A DNA stretch of 64,000 bases from Lama glama (lineage: Eukaryota). The stretch lies in NCBI GenBank assembly GCA_028534125.1, contig CM052817.1, positions 53,880,001 through 53,944,000 of the forward strand, written 5' to 3'. The translations under genes and the position numbers were made by a program. The notes beneath the pieces are model-generated. The model saw only the letters and a program-made list of their open reading frames with translations, ran no database searches and was not told the origin of the DNA. This document shows, piece by piece, positions 12,561 through 27,160 of this stretch (its first letter is position 1; the number at the start of each line of letters is the position of its first letter).

Positions 12561-14309
12561 TACATCATTCCCCTGAATCATCACATGAATACCTATACTC
12601 CATCTTTCACCTTGTACCTGGAATGATCTTTGAAAACTGCCATCTGACTTGTTGCTGTTTAAAAGCTCACAACTGATCTTATTATAAATTCAAAATTTTT
12701 AAACATGGCTTTAAAAGCCTTCTAATCCTCACCCCCCCTACTTCTCAAGCCTCCACTGATGCCTTCCTGCCTTTGTTCTCTCCCTTCTAACCATCCTGGA
12801 TATATTTCCTGAGTCTTAAAAAGGCCCCTCTCATCTTCAATGATATGAATGTTTCTTTCTGGAACATGCTCGTCTCAGTCATAACTATTTTCTCTCTCAC
12901 ATCCCACACCTTTTACTTGGCTGAATTATTAATCTTTTCCATAGCTGTGATTTATAGTGATTGCAAGCAGAAAATGGAAAAGAATGAATGAAATTGCCAT
13001 TTTGGATTACTTATAATTGTATTCAGTATATGTTTATTATTTTTTGGATATTACTCAGCTAAAAATCCAAGATTTCATTCTTTCTGGGAGTGATAAATTT
13101 TGGCACCACTAGTTACACAGAGCCACATGAAGGAGTGTCTGCATATGAGTTCCTGCTCTTGCACTTTCTAGCTGTGAAACTTTGGGCAAGTCTCTAAAAC
13201 AGAATGCATGTTAGTTTCCTTTAAAAAATTAGGTAAAATAGACTTATGAATGAGAATGCAATACTGTATATACAGTACACAATTTCTGACACATAATAGG
13301 TACTTAAGAAGTATTTTGTGTATGTGTATAAGGTACACAAATAGTGCAAACATCAAAGGAAGTTATTTGAAGGAAACAAAAAATCTATATGACTATATAA
13401 TTTCCATGTCCCCCCAAATTATGAAATGAGTACAATTCTATAAAACAGAAATTCTGAATTCTCCTCTGAAAGTGAAAAGTATACTTGCTATCTACCATAA
13501 TGCAATTTTCTCAGTCATCACATATGTATTAAATACAACAGAATGTCTTACAGTATATCTAATAGATCAAATAGTATCCAAATCTATTTATATTTATTTG
13601 TACATTTTAAAAAGAACACAAATGCATAAAAGATTCATTGTAATTGTAAAACTCTTACTCATTAATATTTGTGCCTCCTTGTTTAACAATGAATCTCTTT
13701 AATATTATAACCTGTGTAGTATCACATTTTCACTGAAATTAATTTCTAATACTGTAGAAATTAATCTGGCTTGTATTAAAACCAAAGGAAAACATAGTTA
13801 CATATCTAAGAATTAAGATTCAGTGTGTACTTAAAGTAAACAGAGAAAGTTCCCCAGTGAGGATCTAGCAAACAAAATTTATTATAAAATGACAAATTTA
13901 TTATAACAAGTTTAATTTATGGTAGAGAGAGATATAATACCTATTTTTATTACATAACTCACATTACTTTCAGTTGTTAGTTATCCCATTTATCCTATTT
14001 ACAATTGTATATTTTAACTGCAGATTAACTAGCAATGAAGAGGAACCCAAGATGGCCTTTCTACTTTCCAAATCCCCAACATCTAAGTTCCAAATAATGT
14101 GAAAAATTTTAATACAGAGAAAGAAAATGAAACAGAAGAGTGGGCACTTTCACACTTCTGTGTCATTCCTTACCCTTAAGTGTGGGTCAGGATCTGTACT
14201 TAATTCTACCCTATAGAAACAGGCAACTGTAGTGGAATGTATGTAATTACAGGCATACATGTAAATACATACATATAGTCACAAAGTCTGAGAAGACTTT
14301 CCCATCCAG

Positions 14310-14639
14310 CTTTTCAAAGTATGTTGCCATGTTGTGAACTGTCTATGGGGAACCATAGGACAAGGAACTGAAGACAACAGCCAGTAAGAAACTGAAGCCC
14401 TCAGTCTGATGGTGTGCAAGGTACTGAATGCTACCAACAACCACATAAGCTTGGTAACAGATTCTTCCCTAGTTGAGCATTGAGATGAGAACTCATCCCT
14501 GTGTGGCAGTATGATTTCAGCCTTGTAAAAGAATCATCTAATCTGCGTCTGGACTTCTGACCCATAGAATCTCTGAGATAATAAGCGTGCATGTTTTATG
14601 CCTTTGTGGTAGTACTGTTATATAGCAGTAGCTAATACA
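14310..14639 (+). mobile_element. MaLR LTR (MLT1D/E-like), partial
   Basis: aagaaactgaagccctcagtc...ttctgacccatagaa...gagataataa...gcagtagctaataca. Confidence 0.8.
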
Positions 14640-14721
14640 AGTCCTCACTTTTTCATAACTTGTAAACGTTTGTGAATTAGAATGTAAAATTTGATAGGAT
14701 TTGGTTTCACAACCAAGAGGG

Positions 14722-14949
14722 CAGGAATTCCCAATCTTGGTACTATTGACAATTCTTTGTTGTGTGTGTGTGTGTGTGTGTGGTGTGTGTATGGTTGTCC
14801 TGTGCATTGTAGGATGTTTACCAATATCCTTGGACTTTCTGTACTGGATGCCAGTAGTACTCCCTACCTCGAGTTGTGACAATCAAAATACCTCTAGAAA
14901 CAGCCAAATGCCCTTTAAGGGGAAAATCACCTATATTTGAGAGCCACTG
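14722..14949. mobile_element. MER20 (hAT-Charlie) DNA transposon containing an expanded (TG)n
   Basis: tgtcctgtgcattgtaggatgttta...gatgccagtag...gttgtgacaatcaaaa...gagagccactg. Confidence 0.85.
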
Positions 14950-16554
14950 ATGTAGTGGAATTTCTTCATTTACCTCTAATCTGTATTTGCTCAATGAGAA
15001 GGCTTCTGCATGCTGATAATGGTTTTAGGATCTTGTAAATATGTATTAATCTAAACATGTAATGGCTGGATGGTTGCTTTTCAATTTGTGAAATGGCTCA
15101 AAGTCTAAATAAAAGGAAATTGGATGGCTTTCAAAAACATAGATTATGCCTTTCACTTTCTAGTGATTCTACACTTCTAAGACACATTTTCACAAATTGC
15201 ATATTAATATTTAAAAACGGTTTTATTTTGCTGTTTTACTTAAGGAGAACATGCATAACAGCATACCAGGAAATTAATGAAAAGCACAAAATACAAAGCA
15301 TCCCAACTGCATGCTTGAATTGGGTCAAGGACGGGGGAAGTGGCTGAGAGAAAAGGGAAACTGTGGTGACTTCATGCTTTTTGATTTCAGAGATCACACT
15401 GCACAGAATAAATTCTGCAAGCTTCTTGTTTACTACATTAGATCTGCGGTCCATAGATGTTCAAATGCCTCTAGTGTTCAGTTGCTTTCGGAATGAGAAA
15501 TGTGAGAATAAAACTTCTTGCTTCAATGCCACTGCATTTAATGATCACAAATGATTAGCTTTCACATAAGCATATCTCATAGATATGTTCTCAAGTTAAA
15601 CATTTAAGGAAGAAATCACGAAAAACAAACCTGCTCTCTGAAACTAGTTTATATCTTCCCTTTCTCATTTATTATACAGTTGGATTCACATCATTAACAT
15701 GCAAATCATACTGCACTACAGTGCAATTTCAACAAAGAACTGGAAGCAGGGCCTGTGATTTCCTTATGGGTCGATAAATAGATTTTTGCCTTAAGAGAAT
15801 AAAATAAACTCTAGTCATTTTATGTTTACATTTTTGGGACTGGTAATAATTTTAAAACTGAATCAAAAAATTACTACTCTTCTAACCTTGCCCATGGACA
15901 TTGTTTAATTTACCTGATTTTAGAGTTAACAAGGTAAACTGGAAAAATATTCTGGCTTTTTTTGTTTGTTTGTTCATTTTTTTCTAGAAGAGTAATTGTT
16001 TTATTTTGTCTGAATTTCTACTCTTGCTTTTTAAAATAAGGTTAACATTGAGACTAGAAACTAACTTGAGGCTGATTAAATAAGTATCTGACTTAAACCA
16101 TGAGGGAAAAGTCTAAAATAAAATAATGAATAAACAAATGTAAATCATCTTATGAATTATATGTCCTCAGTGTTACCAGTACTTCAAGGTACGTAACAAT
16201 ATACTATTATGAAAAGGGTGGGAGAATGAAAAACAGTTTCAGAGACCCCTTCTTACTAGAGAGAGAGAGAATCCCCTGCCGCCAAGAAGGGAACATAACT
16301 GCGAAAAATCATTACAACCTGCTGCTCACTGCCTTTCCAAGTTTCTCTCCTGCCTATGGGATATAAGACTAAATTCTTTAGTGTATAAACCACAGGTCCT
16401 CAGACATGGGGCTTCTCCTTTCCTCTACAGTCTTATTTATAATCACACCCCACTGGCTATCCTCGGTTCCAGCTATTTAAAAACTAGTGTAGTGTCCAAA
16501 CAAACTAGGCTGTTTGAGATGTGGGTTTACCTGTCACTTCTTTTATGTGGTACC

Positions 16555-16850
16555 TAATTCAGTCACTGAACAAACATTTATTGAACACCTATTCTGTGCT
16601 AGAGACTAGAGCTACAGCAACAAATTAATATGCAAAAATCCTTCCCTTCATAAGGAGGCAAATAATAAACAAGATAAAATATCTATTAGATAGTAACATG
16701 TGCAAAGGAGAAAAATTTTGAAATTTAGACTGGTGGTCAAGGCAGGCCCAACTGAAAGGTGACATTTGAAGACAGTGAAGCAGTGAGCCATACAGATAAC
16801 TGAGGAAGATCACTCTAAATAGAAGGAACATAAGTAAAGGGAACATGCTT
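16555..16850 (-). mobile_element. L2 3' end
   Basis: aacaaacatttattgaacacctattctgtgctag. Confidence 0.65.
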
Positions 16851-16869
16851 CTCTGTATACTTATTTCTT

Positions 16870-18165
16870 TAACTTTTAAAAAGTAACAGTTTTATTGAGA
16901 TACAATTCACATATCACACAATTTAGCCATTCAGAGTCCACAATTCAGTGGTTTTTAGTATATTCATAGAAGTGTGTACCCATCACCACAATTTATTTTA
17001 GAATAATTTTATCACCTCCAAAAGAAATCCAATACCCATTAGAAGTAGGTCCCCTCTCTTCCCAACTCTCTAGCTCTAGGAGCAACTACTTTACTTTCTA
17101 TCTCTACAGGTTTGCCTGTTTCAGACGTTTCATATAAATGGAATCATACAATATGTGGATTTTGTGACTATTTTCTTTAGCATAATGTTTTCAATGTTTA
17201 TCTATGTCACAGAATGAATCAGTACTTGACTCCTTTTTATCACCAAATAATATTCTACATACAAGTATATCACATTTTATTTATCCATTCATTCGTTGAT
17301 GGACATTTGGATTGTTTCCACTCTGTCCATTAGAAACAAATGATGCTATAAACATTTGTGTACCTTTTTTAAAAATGTGAACATATGTTTGAATTTTCTT
17401 GGGTAGATAACCTAGAAGGGAAACTGCTGAGTCATACGGTGGCTCTATGTTTAACCATTTGAAAAATTACCAGATTGTTTTCCAAAGTGGCCACATGATT
17501 TTACAATCCTACCAGCAGTCTGTGAGCATTCCGATTTCTCCATATCCTTGTCAACACTTCTAGTTATCTGTCTTTGATTACAGTCTAGTAGTCAGAAATT
17601 ATATATAACTGTAGTTTTGTTTTGCATTTCCCTGATGGCTAATAATGTTGACCGTCTTTGCAAGCATTCGTTGTACTTTCGCATGTCTTCCTTGGAGAAA
17701 TGTCTATTCAGATCCTTTGTCTAATTTTTAATTGGGAATTTGTATTATTATTATTGAGCTGTAAGAATTTCTTATATATTCTGAACATCTCTTATCAGAT
17801 ATGAGTTGCAAATAATTTATCCAATTATGTGGGTATCTTCTCACTTTCTTGACAGTGCCCTTCAAAGTACAGTTGGTTTTCATTTTGATGAAGAACGATC
17901 TATCTGTTTCTGTGTTGCTTCTGCTTTTCATGTCATATCCAAGAAACCATTGTCTAATCCAAAGTTGTAAAGATATTTTCCTATACTTTCTTCTAATTTT
18001 TACAGTTTAGCTCTTATATTTAGGTTTATGATCCAGTTTGAGTTAATTTCCACGTGTGGTATAAGGTATGAGTCCAACTCCAGTCATTGGCATGTAGATA
18101 TCCAATTGTTCTAGCACAATTTGATGAAAAGATGACTATTCTCTTCCCACTAAATTGTCTTGCCC
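16870..18165 (-). mobile_element. Old L1 (L1MB-like) 3'UTR and ORF2 end, about 1.3 kb
   Basis: ttttattgagatacaattcacata...gatggacatttggattgtttccac...ttccaaagtggc...ggagaaatgtctattcagatcc. Confidence 0.92.
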
Positions 18166-19366
18166 CTAACTTCTTATCTCTAGTGTGCCCCTTCTCATCA
18201 TTCAAAACAAACCAATTTCTACTTAGGCTGTCAACAATTATAGCACTGTGTCATTTTAAATCTCAAATCAGTGCAGTGAGTAACACAAGAACAGAAATTA
18301 TGTTGTGTTTTGTTTTTCTTTCATTTTTGAATCTCTCAGTGCCTTCTACACAGTAGGCACTTGGTATCTGTTTGGTAAGTTAAAGAAAGACCTTTCAAAT
18401 GGTTCTTGAATGATTGGCAGTACTCTGATGACTAACAGTACCAATGGAAGGCATTTAAATTTGGGTTGCAAAGCTACAAAAGTAGGGTGAAGTGATACTT
18501 TCCAAAAATTTGGATGATTTGCTAAGGACTGTAATTGCCTACTAAATTAGAAATTAAAACTTCTGTTGAGGTTTATGAGCAGAGAACAAAGTGCTGTTTT
18601 CGGGAGAATAATTTGGCTATAGAATATAGAATATAAAAGAAAAAAAAGAAAGAGGTTTAAAGAATAATTTGGAAGTTATAACAAATAGCAGAGTTAAAGG
18701 ACAATAGGGTAATAATGGCACTGGTAATAGAAAAGGTAGTATGAATTTTAAAATGCAGTCCTGTTATTAGTTTGTTAATGGAAAAAAATTACAACTTTTC
18801 TTTTCATATTCCCATTTAAGGGACTACATCACAAGGAAATTTTACAAAAGAAATCCATATATTTATACAGAGTGATGTATAGCATGCTGTATATTAGGAA
18901 GGAGATGAAGAGACATACACACACAGTTTGAGAATGGCTTAAGTGGCCACAGATTATTGCTACTAAAAGTGAAAAATACATAAGCTACACAGATATATCT
19001 AAGAGTTTACACAAAATCTAAGACAAAAAAGAGAAAACATACAAGATCCAACAATATGTGTCTAATTATTATAACCATGTAAAAATTGAGTAACTGGCAT
19101 AGCACTGGAAAGGAGTATAAATTCTAATACATGCTAAAAGGTATAGCTTGCATTTCTGGATTGAATTATATAAATTTGCTAAGTAATCAACAGAGAGGGA
19201 GAAAAACCCTTCTGCTCGTATTGTTCTATACAGACTATCTTATGTTCTTTGAGTTTGTCTCAAATTTCTTATTTTATTGGGACTTATATATTTGTCTCAA
19301 ATTTCTTATTTTACTGAGATAAAACCTTATATAGCAATGTTACCAAGAATAATACTGCATTCATCA

Positions 19367-20128
19367 TGCTGGAGAGGATCTGGAGAAAAGGGAACCCTCC
19401 TACATTATTGGTGGGAATTCAGTTTGGTGCAGCCATTATGGAAATAGTATGGAGATTCCTCAAAAACTAAAAATAGACTAACCATATGATTCAGCAATCC
19501 CACTCCTAGGCATATATCCAGAGGGAAACTTAAGTCAAAAAGACACATGCACCCCAAAGTTCATAGCAGCATTATTTACAATAGCCAAGACATGGAAACA
19601 GCCTAAATGTCCATCGACAGATGACTGAATAAGGAAGTTGTAGTATATTTATACAATGGAATACTACTCAGCCATAAAAACAGACCAAAATAATGACATT
19701 TGCAGCAATATGGATGGACCTGGAGATCATCATTCTAAGTGAAGTAAGCCAGAAAGAGAAAGAAAAATATCATATGATATCACTTATATGTGTAGTCTAA
19801 AAAAAAAAAAGACAAATGAACTTATTTTCAAAACAGAAACAGACTCACAGACATAGAAAACAAACTTATGGTTACGGAGTCGGGGTGGGAGGGATAAATT
19901 GGGAGTTTGAGATTTGAAGATACTAATACCTATAAAATAGATAAATAACAAGTCCATACTGTATAGCAGTAGGGAACCATATTCCATATCTTGTAGTAAT
20001 TTATGGTGAAAAAGAATATGAAAACTAACATAAGTATGTTCATATATGACTGAAGCATTATAGTATATACCAGAAATTGACACAACATTGTAAACTAAAT
20101 ATACTTCAATAAAAATACATATACAAAA
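19367..20128 (+). mobile_element. 5'-truncated lineage-specific L1 with TSD
   Basis: tgctggagaggatctggagaaaagggaaccctcc...aatggaatactactcagccataaaa...caataaaaa. TSD-like copies aagaataatactgcattcatca (19345-19366) and aagaataatattgcatttatca (20129-20150). Confidence 0.95.
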
Positions 20129-23100
20129 AAGAATAATATTGCATTTATCACATCAAAATAATAACTTATTTATATTAAGTATATTACCACTTATGACCCT
20201 ATATATTTAATCAGAAAATTGTTAACAACAACAAAAATCAATCTGTAATATATTATGCTGACCTAATGAAAGATTGACATTTCATATCAACCTGCATATT
20301 ATGAAAGATATCTAGAATGTGAAAATAATTTTAAAAGGTTCTCTGCTGTACCATTTTATAAAATAATTTTAGTTTTATTTCTTTTTTGGAATATGGTATA
20401 TGTTCAAATAACTGTCATCAAAAACACACAATGGCAACATTTTGATTAAGTGACATTTCCTACGAAGATGAAAAGATATATAAATTCACCTTTATCATGA
20501 AGGCAAAAATCCATTACCAGTATTCCAAAGGTATTTGGTAAAACTTTAAGATAAGGGTTATTCAAATAACTTTAAAAAATGATACTGCTCTTTCTCAGTG
20601 GAACAACTTCAAACAGCAAAATAAAACTCTTTGCTCATATTTTATGGTAAACATTGACAAACTTACTAGTCTAATGTGTTGCTGAACAGACTCTGTATAC
20701 CATTAATGCACAATTCAAGTTGATTTTACAGTCCTACTTTGAAGTCTATACATACTATCTGATCTTAGACTACATTAGATCCTCTTTAAAATCAACTTCA
20801 GTTAAATTCATTTGTTTGATAATGGTTTGGAAGAAAAAAAAGTACTGCATCATTTGCAAGGGCAATGCTAGTAACTACCAAAAGCAACTTCTCAGAAGTA
20901 CTGCAGGGAGTCAAAATAAGTCTGACTCCTAAGGTGGATCTCTACCTAACCAAGTGAAATTTGCTCTGGCTTCATTCCTTACTACCTTTCTCAATTCCTA
21001 CTCCTAGTTCACCTGGCTGAATACCTTCCCACACAGTTATCTTCTCCACCTCTTGCCTCTCTTTCCCCTTATAATGGTCTTCCTCTTCCTTTTAATTCTT
21101 TAAATTACCTTTGGGTGTTGATATGATTATCTCAAAAAATTTTACATTTAGAAGAAAGTTTCTGTTTGGTTTAATCTAACCAGTTATAATGCAAATATTC
21201 TTTAGCGTATGTGTTTAAAAATAGATATTGGCTAACATCAAACTACCTTCTCAATGTTTTTAAATCTAGCAAATAGAATTCGAAGGCAAAGTACACAAGA
21301 ATTTTCTATGTTGTAATGAAAAGAAGCTGCAACAAAGTCAAAATGATTTTTATAGAGTCTGTATATTATATCTACTGTGCCTACAGTTGACCCTCAGGGA
21401 ATATACTTGAATGCCAAGAGCTTCAGAAGAACAGAGGAGTTCTTCTTTAGCCTTGTTTAATTTTGTTATTCAGCAAGCATGTGGATGGTTGATCAATGTG
21501 ACACTATCTTTAATCCCTAAAACAGAATTACGACAGACTAAAACATAATCTTCCCTCAAAGTGGGCTTGAGGGTGTGCTCGGGGGAGACATGCATTTTAG
21601 TTAATGCCAGGAAGTGGAAGGGTCTTCAGTGAAGTCTGGCTGTATAGGGAGTTCCTTAATTATGATGTTTCAAAAGGCATACTGGAATGGTTGGCGGCAT
21701 TTTGAAATATAAGTGCTTTCCAGCCTTACTATGGACAGGAATGAAGTGAGTGAAGTAGCTTTAGGCCAGTACCAATAGCATCTGAGTTCCTCCTGACGCA
21801 GAGAACATATACGCTGAGTTCAGACTGCCTAGCTCCAGAGTAGACAAATCTGATGTCAGCAGATTGCAGATGTTCTTGAGTAAGAGCTTGCACAAGTGAT
21901 GAGACCATGAAGAACAGACTACAGTGAGAAGGGTGAGCTGTGCCACCGTCAAGTGTATTTAAGGTACTAAAGAGTTGTGGCATTGCTTCCCTTTCATTTA
22001 AACCTAATGAGAAAGGATTCATGAGAGCGTAATATATATGCCCCGGAGTTTGGGGAAAAAGCAGAGGAAGAAAGACCAAGATGCATAGGATGTTAGCTAC
22101 AGTTCTACTCTAAAGATGAAAGCAAGGCTGTGTAAGTTTCTCAGAGACAGTGTGAGGTCTGGAAGTCCAAGGTGACTTTTTAGAGGTGAAAAATTGTATC
22201 AGCAGAAGAGGTATACAACTGAATTTCCAGGGGTACAAGGAGGAAATGTAAGCAGTCATCCAGCTGGAAGAACGTGTATCATTTGTTTTCACATGAAATA
22301 CAGTCAAATATTTCTCAATGGGACTTTTCAGTTTTTAAAAATCTGCCCAAGACAGAGATTCATCTTTATCCATCTTCCCGAGGAGAATCTATTCTTTACT
22401 CCATTAAAACCTGTCACATAAGACCTTTCCTGTGCCTTACCTGTCCTCCCCTCTTCACCTCCAATGCTGAACCATTTAGGAGCTACAGGCATTCTAGCCC
22501 ACAGAAGACAAGGGGAAGCATCAGGTGGGGAAATGGAGAGGAAGCAGCTTGGCACCCACTTTGCACGGCAAGCTTTCCACTTAGAGCAATGAGGAGAGGG
22601 AAAGTGTGAAATTTTTACTGTGAATGAAGTTTGGAAATTTTCCTATCATAGGGAATTTCAAAATTGGATTATTCTTAGGACTGAAATGATGATTGTGGGG
22701 CGAAGGGAGCTATAAGGGCAGGGAAGAAACACGGGAGGATGAGAAAAAAGCTGTTTTATGACTGGACTCAATCCTTATTTAATGTAATATATTGATTACA
22801 GACTAGTTGGTTATTTTGGTAGATTGAAATGCTGCACCACAGCCTTCCAGATACACATCGTATCTTAAAAATCCTGTCTCAAGTACAGTGCTACTGGTTC
22901 CATGTTGGTGGAAGGTAAAAGCCTAATAATTTTTTGAAGCTACTGAGATCTGAGATTTAGAATTGCTGTTGCTGTTGTTTTTAAGTAGCTTTGTGGGGGG
23001 AGGGAATTGCTAACTGCTAACAGATACAGTTATTAGTCAATCAAATATCTCTCTCAGATAATGCTTAGGTCCAGAGAAAATTGACTATGAAAATAATGGT

Positions 23101-23292
23101 CCATAATATCAATAATGTGACAAAATAAAAGGAATCACATCAAGAAACAACCACTACAAAAATAAATGTATTAGTATATTGGATAATCTTCCTCTATGTG
23201 AATTATTTTAAATAGCTAAAATATATTAGCAGATTTATTATTTATTTTCATTAGAAAAAAGACTTTTTTCCTCAAATATAGTCTAGGAGTTC

Positions 23293-23517
23293 AGTAGGTC
23301 TGCATGGGGATGATGTGTCCTCTAGAAGACATTTGGCAACATCTAGACAGTTTTGATTGTAACAACTAAGAGGGATGATATCCAGTGGACAGAGAGCAGG
23401 CATGCTGCTCAACATCCCACACTGCACAAGACAGCCCCCCACAACAGAATTATCCTGCCCCAGATGTCAAAATACCAAACGGGCACCTGCCCAAAGTGTG
23501 AAGGGTGAGAAACCGTG
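23293..23517. mobile_element. MER20 DNA transposon (opposite orientation to the 14.7-kb copy)
   Basis: gacatttggcaacatctagacagttttgattgtaacaac...catcccacactgcacaagacagccccccacaac. Confidence 0.8.
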
Positions 23518-25699
23518 AAGTAGGCAAGGGGGAGAAGGAATGGGAATAAGTGTTTTTAGATTGATTTTTGGTATGAAATAAAGAGTGTGTGTGTGTTTCA
23601 GGAATATTGGCAATCTATCTGTTAGGTGAAGTGAAAAAATGTCAAATCAGTAAAAAAAAAACAAAACTATCCAACATTAGCAAGACTAATAAAAACAAAT
23701 TTCCACTTTGCTTTCTGCATTGAATATTTATTGTTTTTGCTTCCCTGGCTGTCACTTCTTCTGCTTGGGAAAACATCTCAATTTTGCTTTGAGAAACTAT
23801 CCAGCCTATGTCCATAAACTTGTAATATGCCACTCAAGATGCCCTGCTCTTCTCTGGTTCTGAGGTGAGTCTGTGAATCAAGTTATGCCAGCTAGACTCC
23901 CCAGGAATCTGCATCTTAAGTGAAGTGAGAATAGGATACAAGAGAGTTACACCAAGGCCCTGAAGAAACTGTTTCTTAAATTCTGTTTCCCCTTTCCTAG
24001 GATGGTTCAAATTTATCATATAAAATATTCATTCTATTCTAGACTAAAATTTTATTTCATAGTTTATGCTTAGTTTAAATCAACCTCAATGAGACATAAG
24101 TAAACTATTTAGAAAATTACATTCATACACAAATAATACTTTCTACATTTTATCCTAACAGGCTAAAAATCACTAGGTTCTGCATCATTATTTAGATATT
24201 TGGGTCAAAGTACCAAATAAGTGATAAGTGTATGTTGGCCAAACAAAACAACAACAAAATACAATTAAATGAGACATATACTATGCTTCTAATTATTGAA
24301 TTTTAGTTCAACAGCTTCAAAATTCTACCAGTTTTTTCCAAGCTGTTCCTTTTATGTCTCTTTGGTGTACTATGCACAGAACTCTCTCAGTTCAGTAAAC
24401 CTAACATTTTTTTTCTCCTCAGTCAGTTCAACAGCAGATTCAAAAGAATCTTGCTTGAAAATTCCATTATTTGTTTCAGTTTCTCCTAGTGACCTTAGCT
24501 TTATTTGTTGCCTCAGCAGTATAATGTTATTCTAACCAAAAATAAAAAGGAACAGTAGAATAGAATTCTGACCTTCTAAAGCAACATGACTATAGTTTCT
24601 GCATGTGTTTTAGGCAGTAAGTGACTGTCACAATAACATCTAAAAGCTTGGCTTTCTGGTGAGCTCTGTTTAACATTAAGTATCTGATACTTCAGGGTTT
24701 TAAAATGTTCAAATCAAACGTAAGATAGGTAAGAACTAGGATTTTATGTTGGACGTGCCAATATTTACTAAGGCTCATGAAAGGCCTTTTGCATTGAGGG
24801 GAAAACTAGTTGGTTAGCCTTCCTGTTCTGATCAGGAGCTTGAATTCAGTGAGGAAATCGTTATTGGTTTAGAAAAGTTATTTTTATAGATCAATTTCCA
24901 TTATTTCATGCCAATCTATTGGTAAATTAGAGTGAATACATGGGACTCATTCATAAGTAAACTGATTTGAAAAGAAGATATAAATGGATTATTATGTTTT
25001 TAAAACTAAGACCTTTAATACAGTAGCAATTTCCAAGGATAAGCTACACAGATAGTCTGTTCCTATAACAGCTTAGTGTCAACCATCTTTCACTTAAATA
25101 CATCGAGACTATTACCAAGGTTTTGATGACAACCTGACTACTACTCATATAAAATACATGCCACAAGAGTTCATTTAAACCTGCCTTCCCTGCTGCTCTC
25201 TTACAAAGCTAGACATTCAGAAGAACCAATGCTGACCAAAACCTTACAGGGATAACTGCAATACAGTACTTCATTCCAGACACTTACTAGAGCATAATTA
25301 AATATCCTTTAAAGATCAGTCTTTTCTGAAAATATGTCACTGAAAAATCAATGTTTATAAAGCAATGTGATTTCAATCACTTCAAACTGTGCCCTCATGA
25401 TGGCAGTGAGGTTTTTTTGCCTTTTGTTGACAATAATAAATTACAGCTCTGAAGTTATAAAAAATCTACATTCCTCCACCACTAATGTGATATATTTGTA
25501 AGACTTGTGTTAAATAATGTTTGAAAATAAAGTAATTTCATGTGTATGGATGTCTGTATCTGTCTGTATGCTGATACCAACATAAATATCCACTTTACCA
25601 CACCTTTCTAAAAGATGTGGGATTGGAATTACTGAGAATGATTGATGCCTAGGCACTAAGTGAAGTAGAAAATTTCCTAGTCAACAAAGTATTAGTTTA

Positions 25700-26795
25700 T
25701 AAGCAAAACAAAATGACAACCTACGGAATGGGAGAAAATATTTGCAAATGATGTGACTGACAAAGGCTTAATTCCCAGAATATATAAACAGCTCATACAA
25801 CTTAAAAAGAAAAAACAAACAACCCAAGCCAAAGATGAGTGGAAGACCTAAACAAGCAATTCTCCAAGGAAGAAATACTAATGATCAACAGGCACATGAA
25901 AAAATGCTCGATATCACTAACTATCAGAGAAATGTAAACCAAAACTACAATGAAGTAACCTCATTCCAGTCAGAATGCCCATCATTCGAAAGTCCGTGAA
26001 TGATAAATGCTGGAGAGGATGTGAAGAAAAGAGAACCCTCCTACACTGTTGGTGGGAATGTAGTTTGGTGCAGCCATTATGGAGATTCCTCAAAAAACTA
26101 AAAATAGACTTACCCTAAGATACAGCAATCCCACTCCTGGGCATATATCCAGGGGGAATTTTAATTCAAAAAGAAACACGCACCCCAGTGTTCATAGCAG
26201 CACTGTTAACAATAGCCAAGACATGGAAACAACCTAAATGTCCATTGACAGAGGACTGGATAAAGAAGCTGTGGTATATCTATACAATGGAATACTACTC
26301 GGCCATAAAAAAGAATAAAATAATGTCACTTGCAGCAACATAGATAGACATGGAGATTGTCATTGTAAGTGAAGTAAGCCAGAAAGAGAAAGAAAAATAC
26401 CATATGATATTCCACTCATATGTGGAATCTAAAAAAAAAAGAAAAAAAGACAACACTAATGATGTCATCTACAAAACAGGAATAGACTCCCAGACATAGT
26501 AAAAAATCTTATGGTTACCAGGGAAAGAGGGTGGGAAGGGATACATTTGGGAGTTTGAGAGTTGCAAATGTTAGCCACTACAAATATATAAATAGATTTT
26601 TTAAAAGTTTCCTCTGTATAGCACAGGGAACTATATTCAATATCTTGTAATAACCTTTAATGAAAAAGAATATAAAAATGAATATCTGTGTGTATATGCA
26701 TGACTGGGACATTGTGCTGTACACCAGAAACTGATGCATTGTCATTGACTGTACTTTAATTAAAAAAAAAAACTCTATTTACCATAAAAAAAAAA
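25700..26795 (+). mobile_element. 5'-truncated lineage-specific L1 (ORF2 end, 3'UTR, poly-A)
   Basis: acaacctacggaatgggagaaaatatttgcaaatg...gcaatcccactcctgggcatatatcc...ctgtatagcacagggaactata, then A-tail. Confidence 0.95.
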
Positions 26796-27160
26796 GAATG
26801 TATTGGTCTGTGTTAGTGAGTTCAAGATATCATGCATATCACAGAATGTCAGAACAGAAAAAGGTCATACTGTTCATTTGGTTCAAACTGCCCTTCAGAT
26901 AGGAGTCACACAGTATATAAGTGGCAAAGCTGGACTGCAAATACCATTTCTGAAATCCAAGTCCTGTGTTCTTTTGCCTACCTACTATTTCCCTACTGTA
27001 CTAAATCAGAATCATTTTGGTGATGAAGCTTAGGAAGCCAATTTTAGTCTGATTTAAAAATACACCCCCTCCCCACCAAAAGAAAAAATAAAAATTGGTT
27101 CAGATGCACTCCCAGGAAGAGAACCACTAACCTAGTAGTTGTGTAGTGTTGTGCTGGAAA

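Noticed and set aside
17728..17931. ORF with KGTVKKVRR motif
   Set aside because: Degenerate L1 ORF2 remnant.
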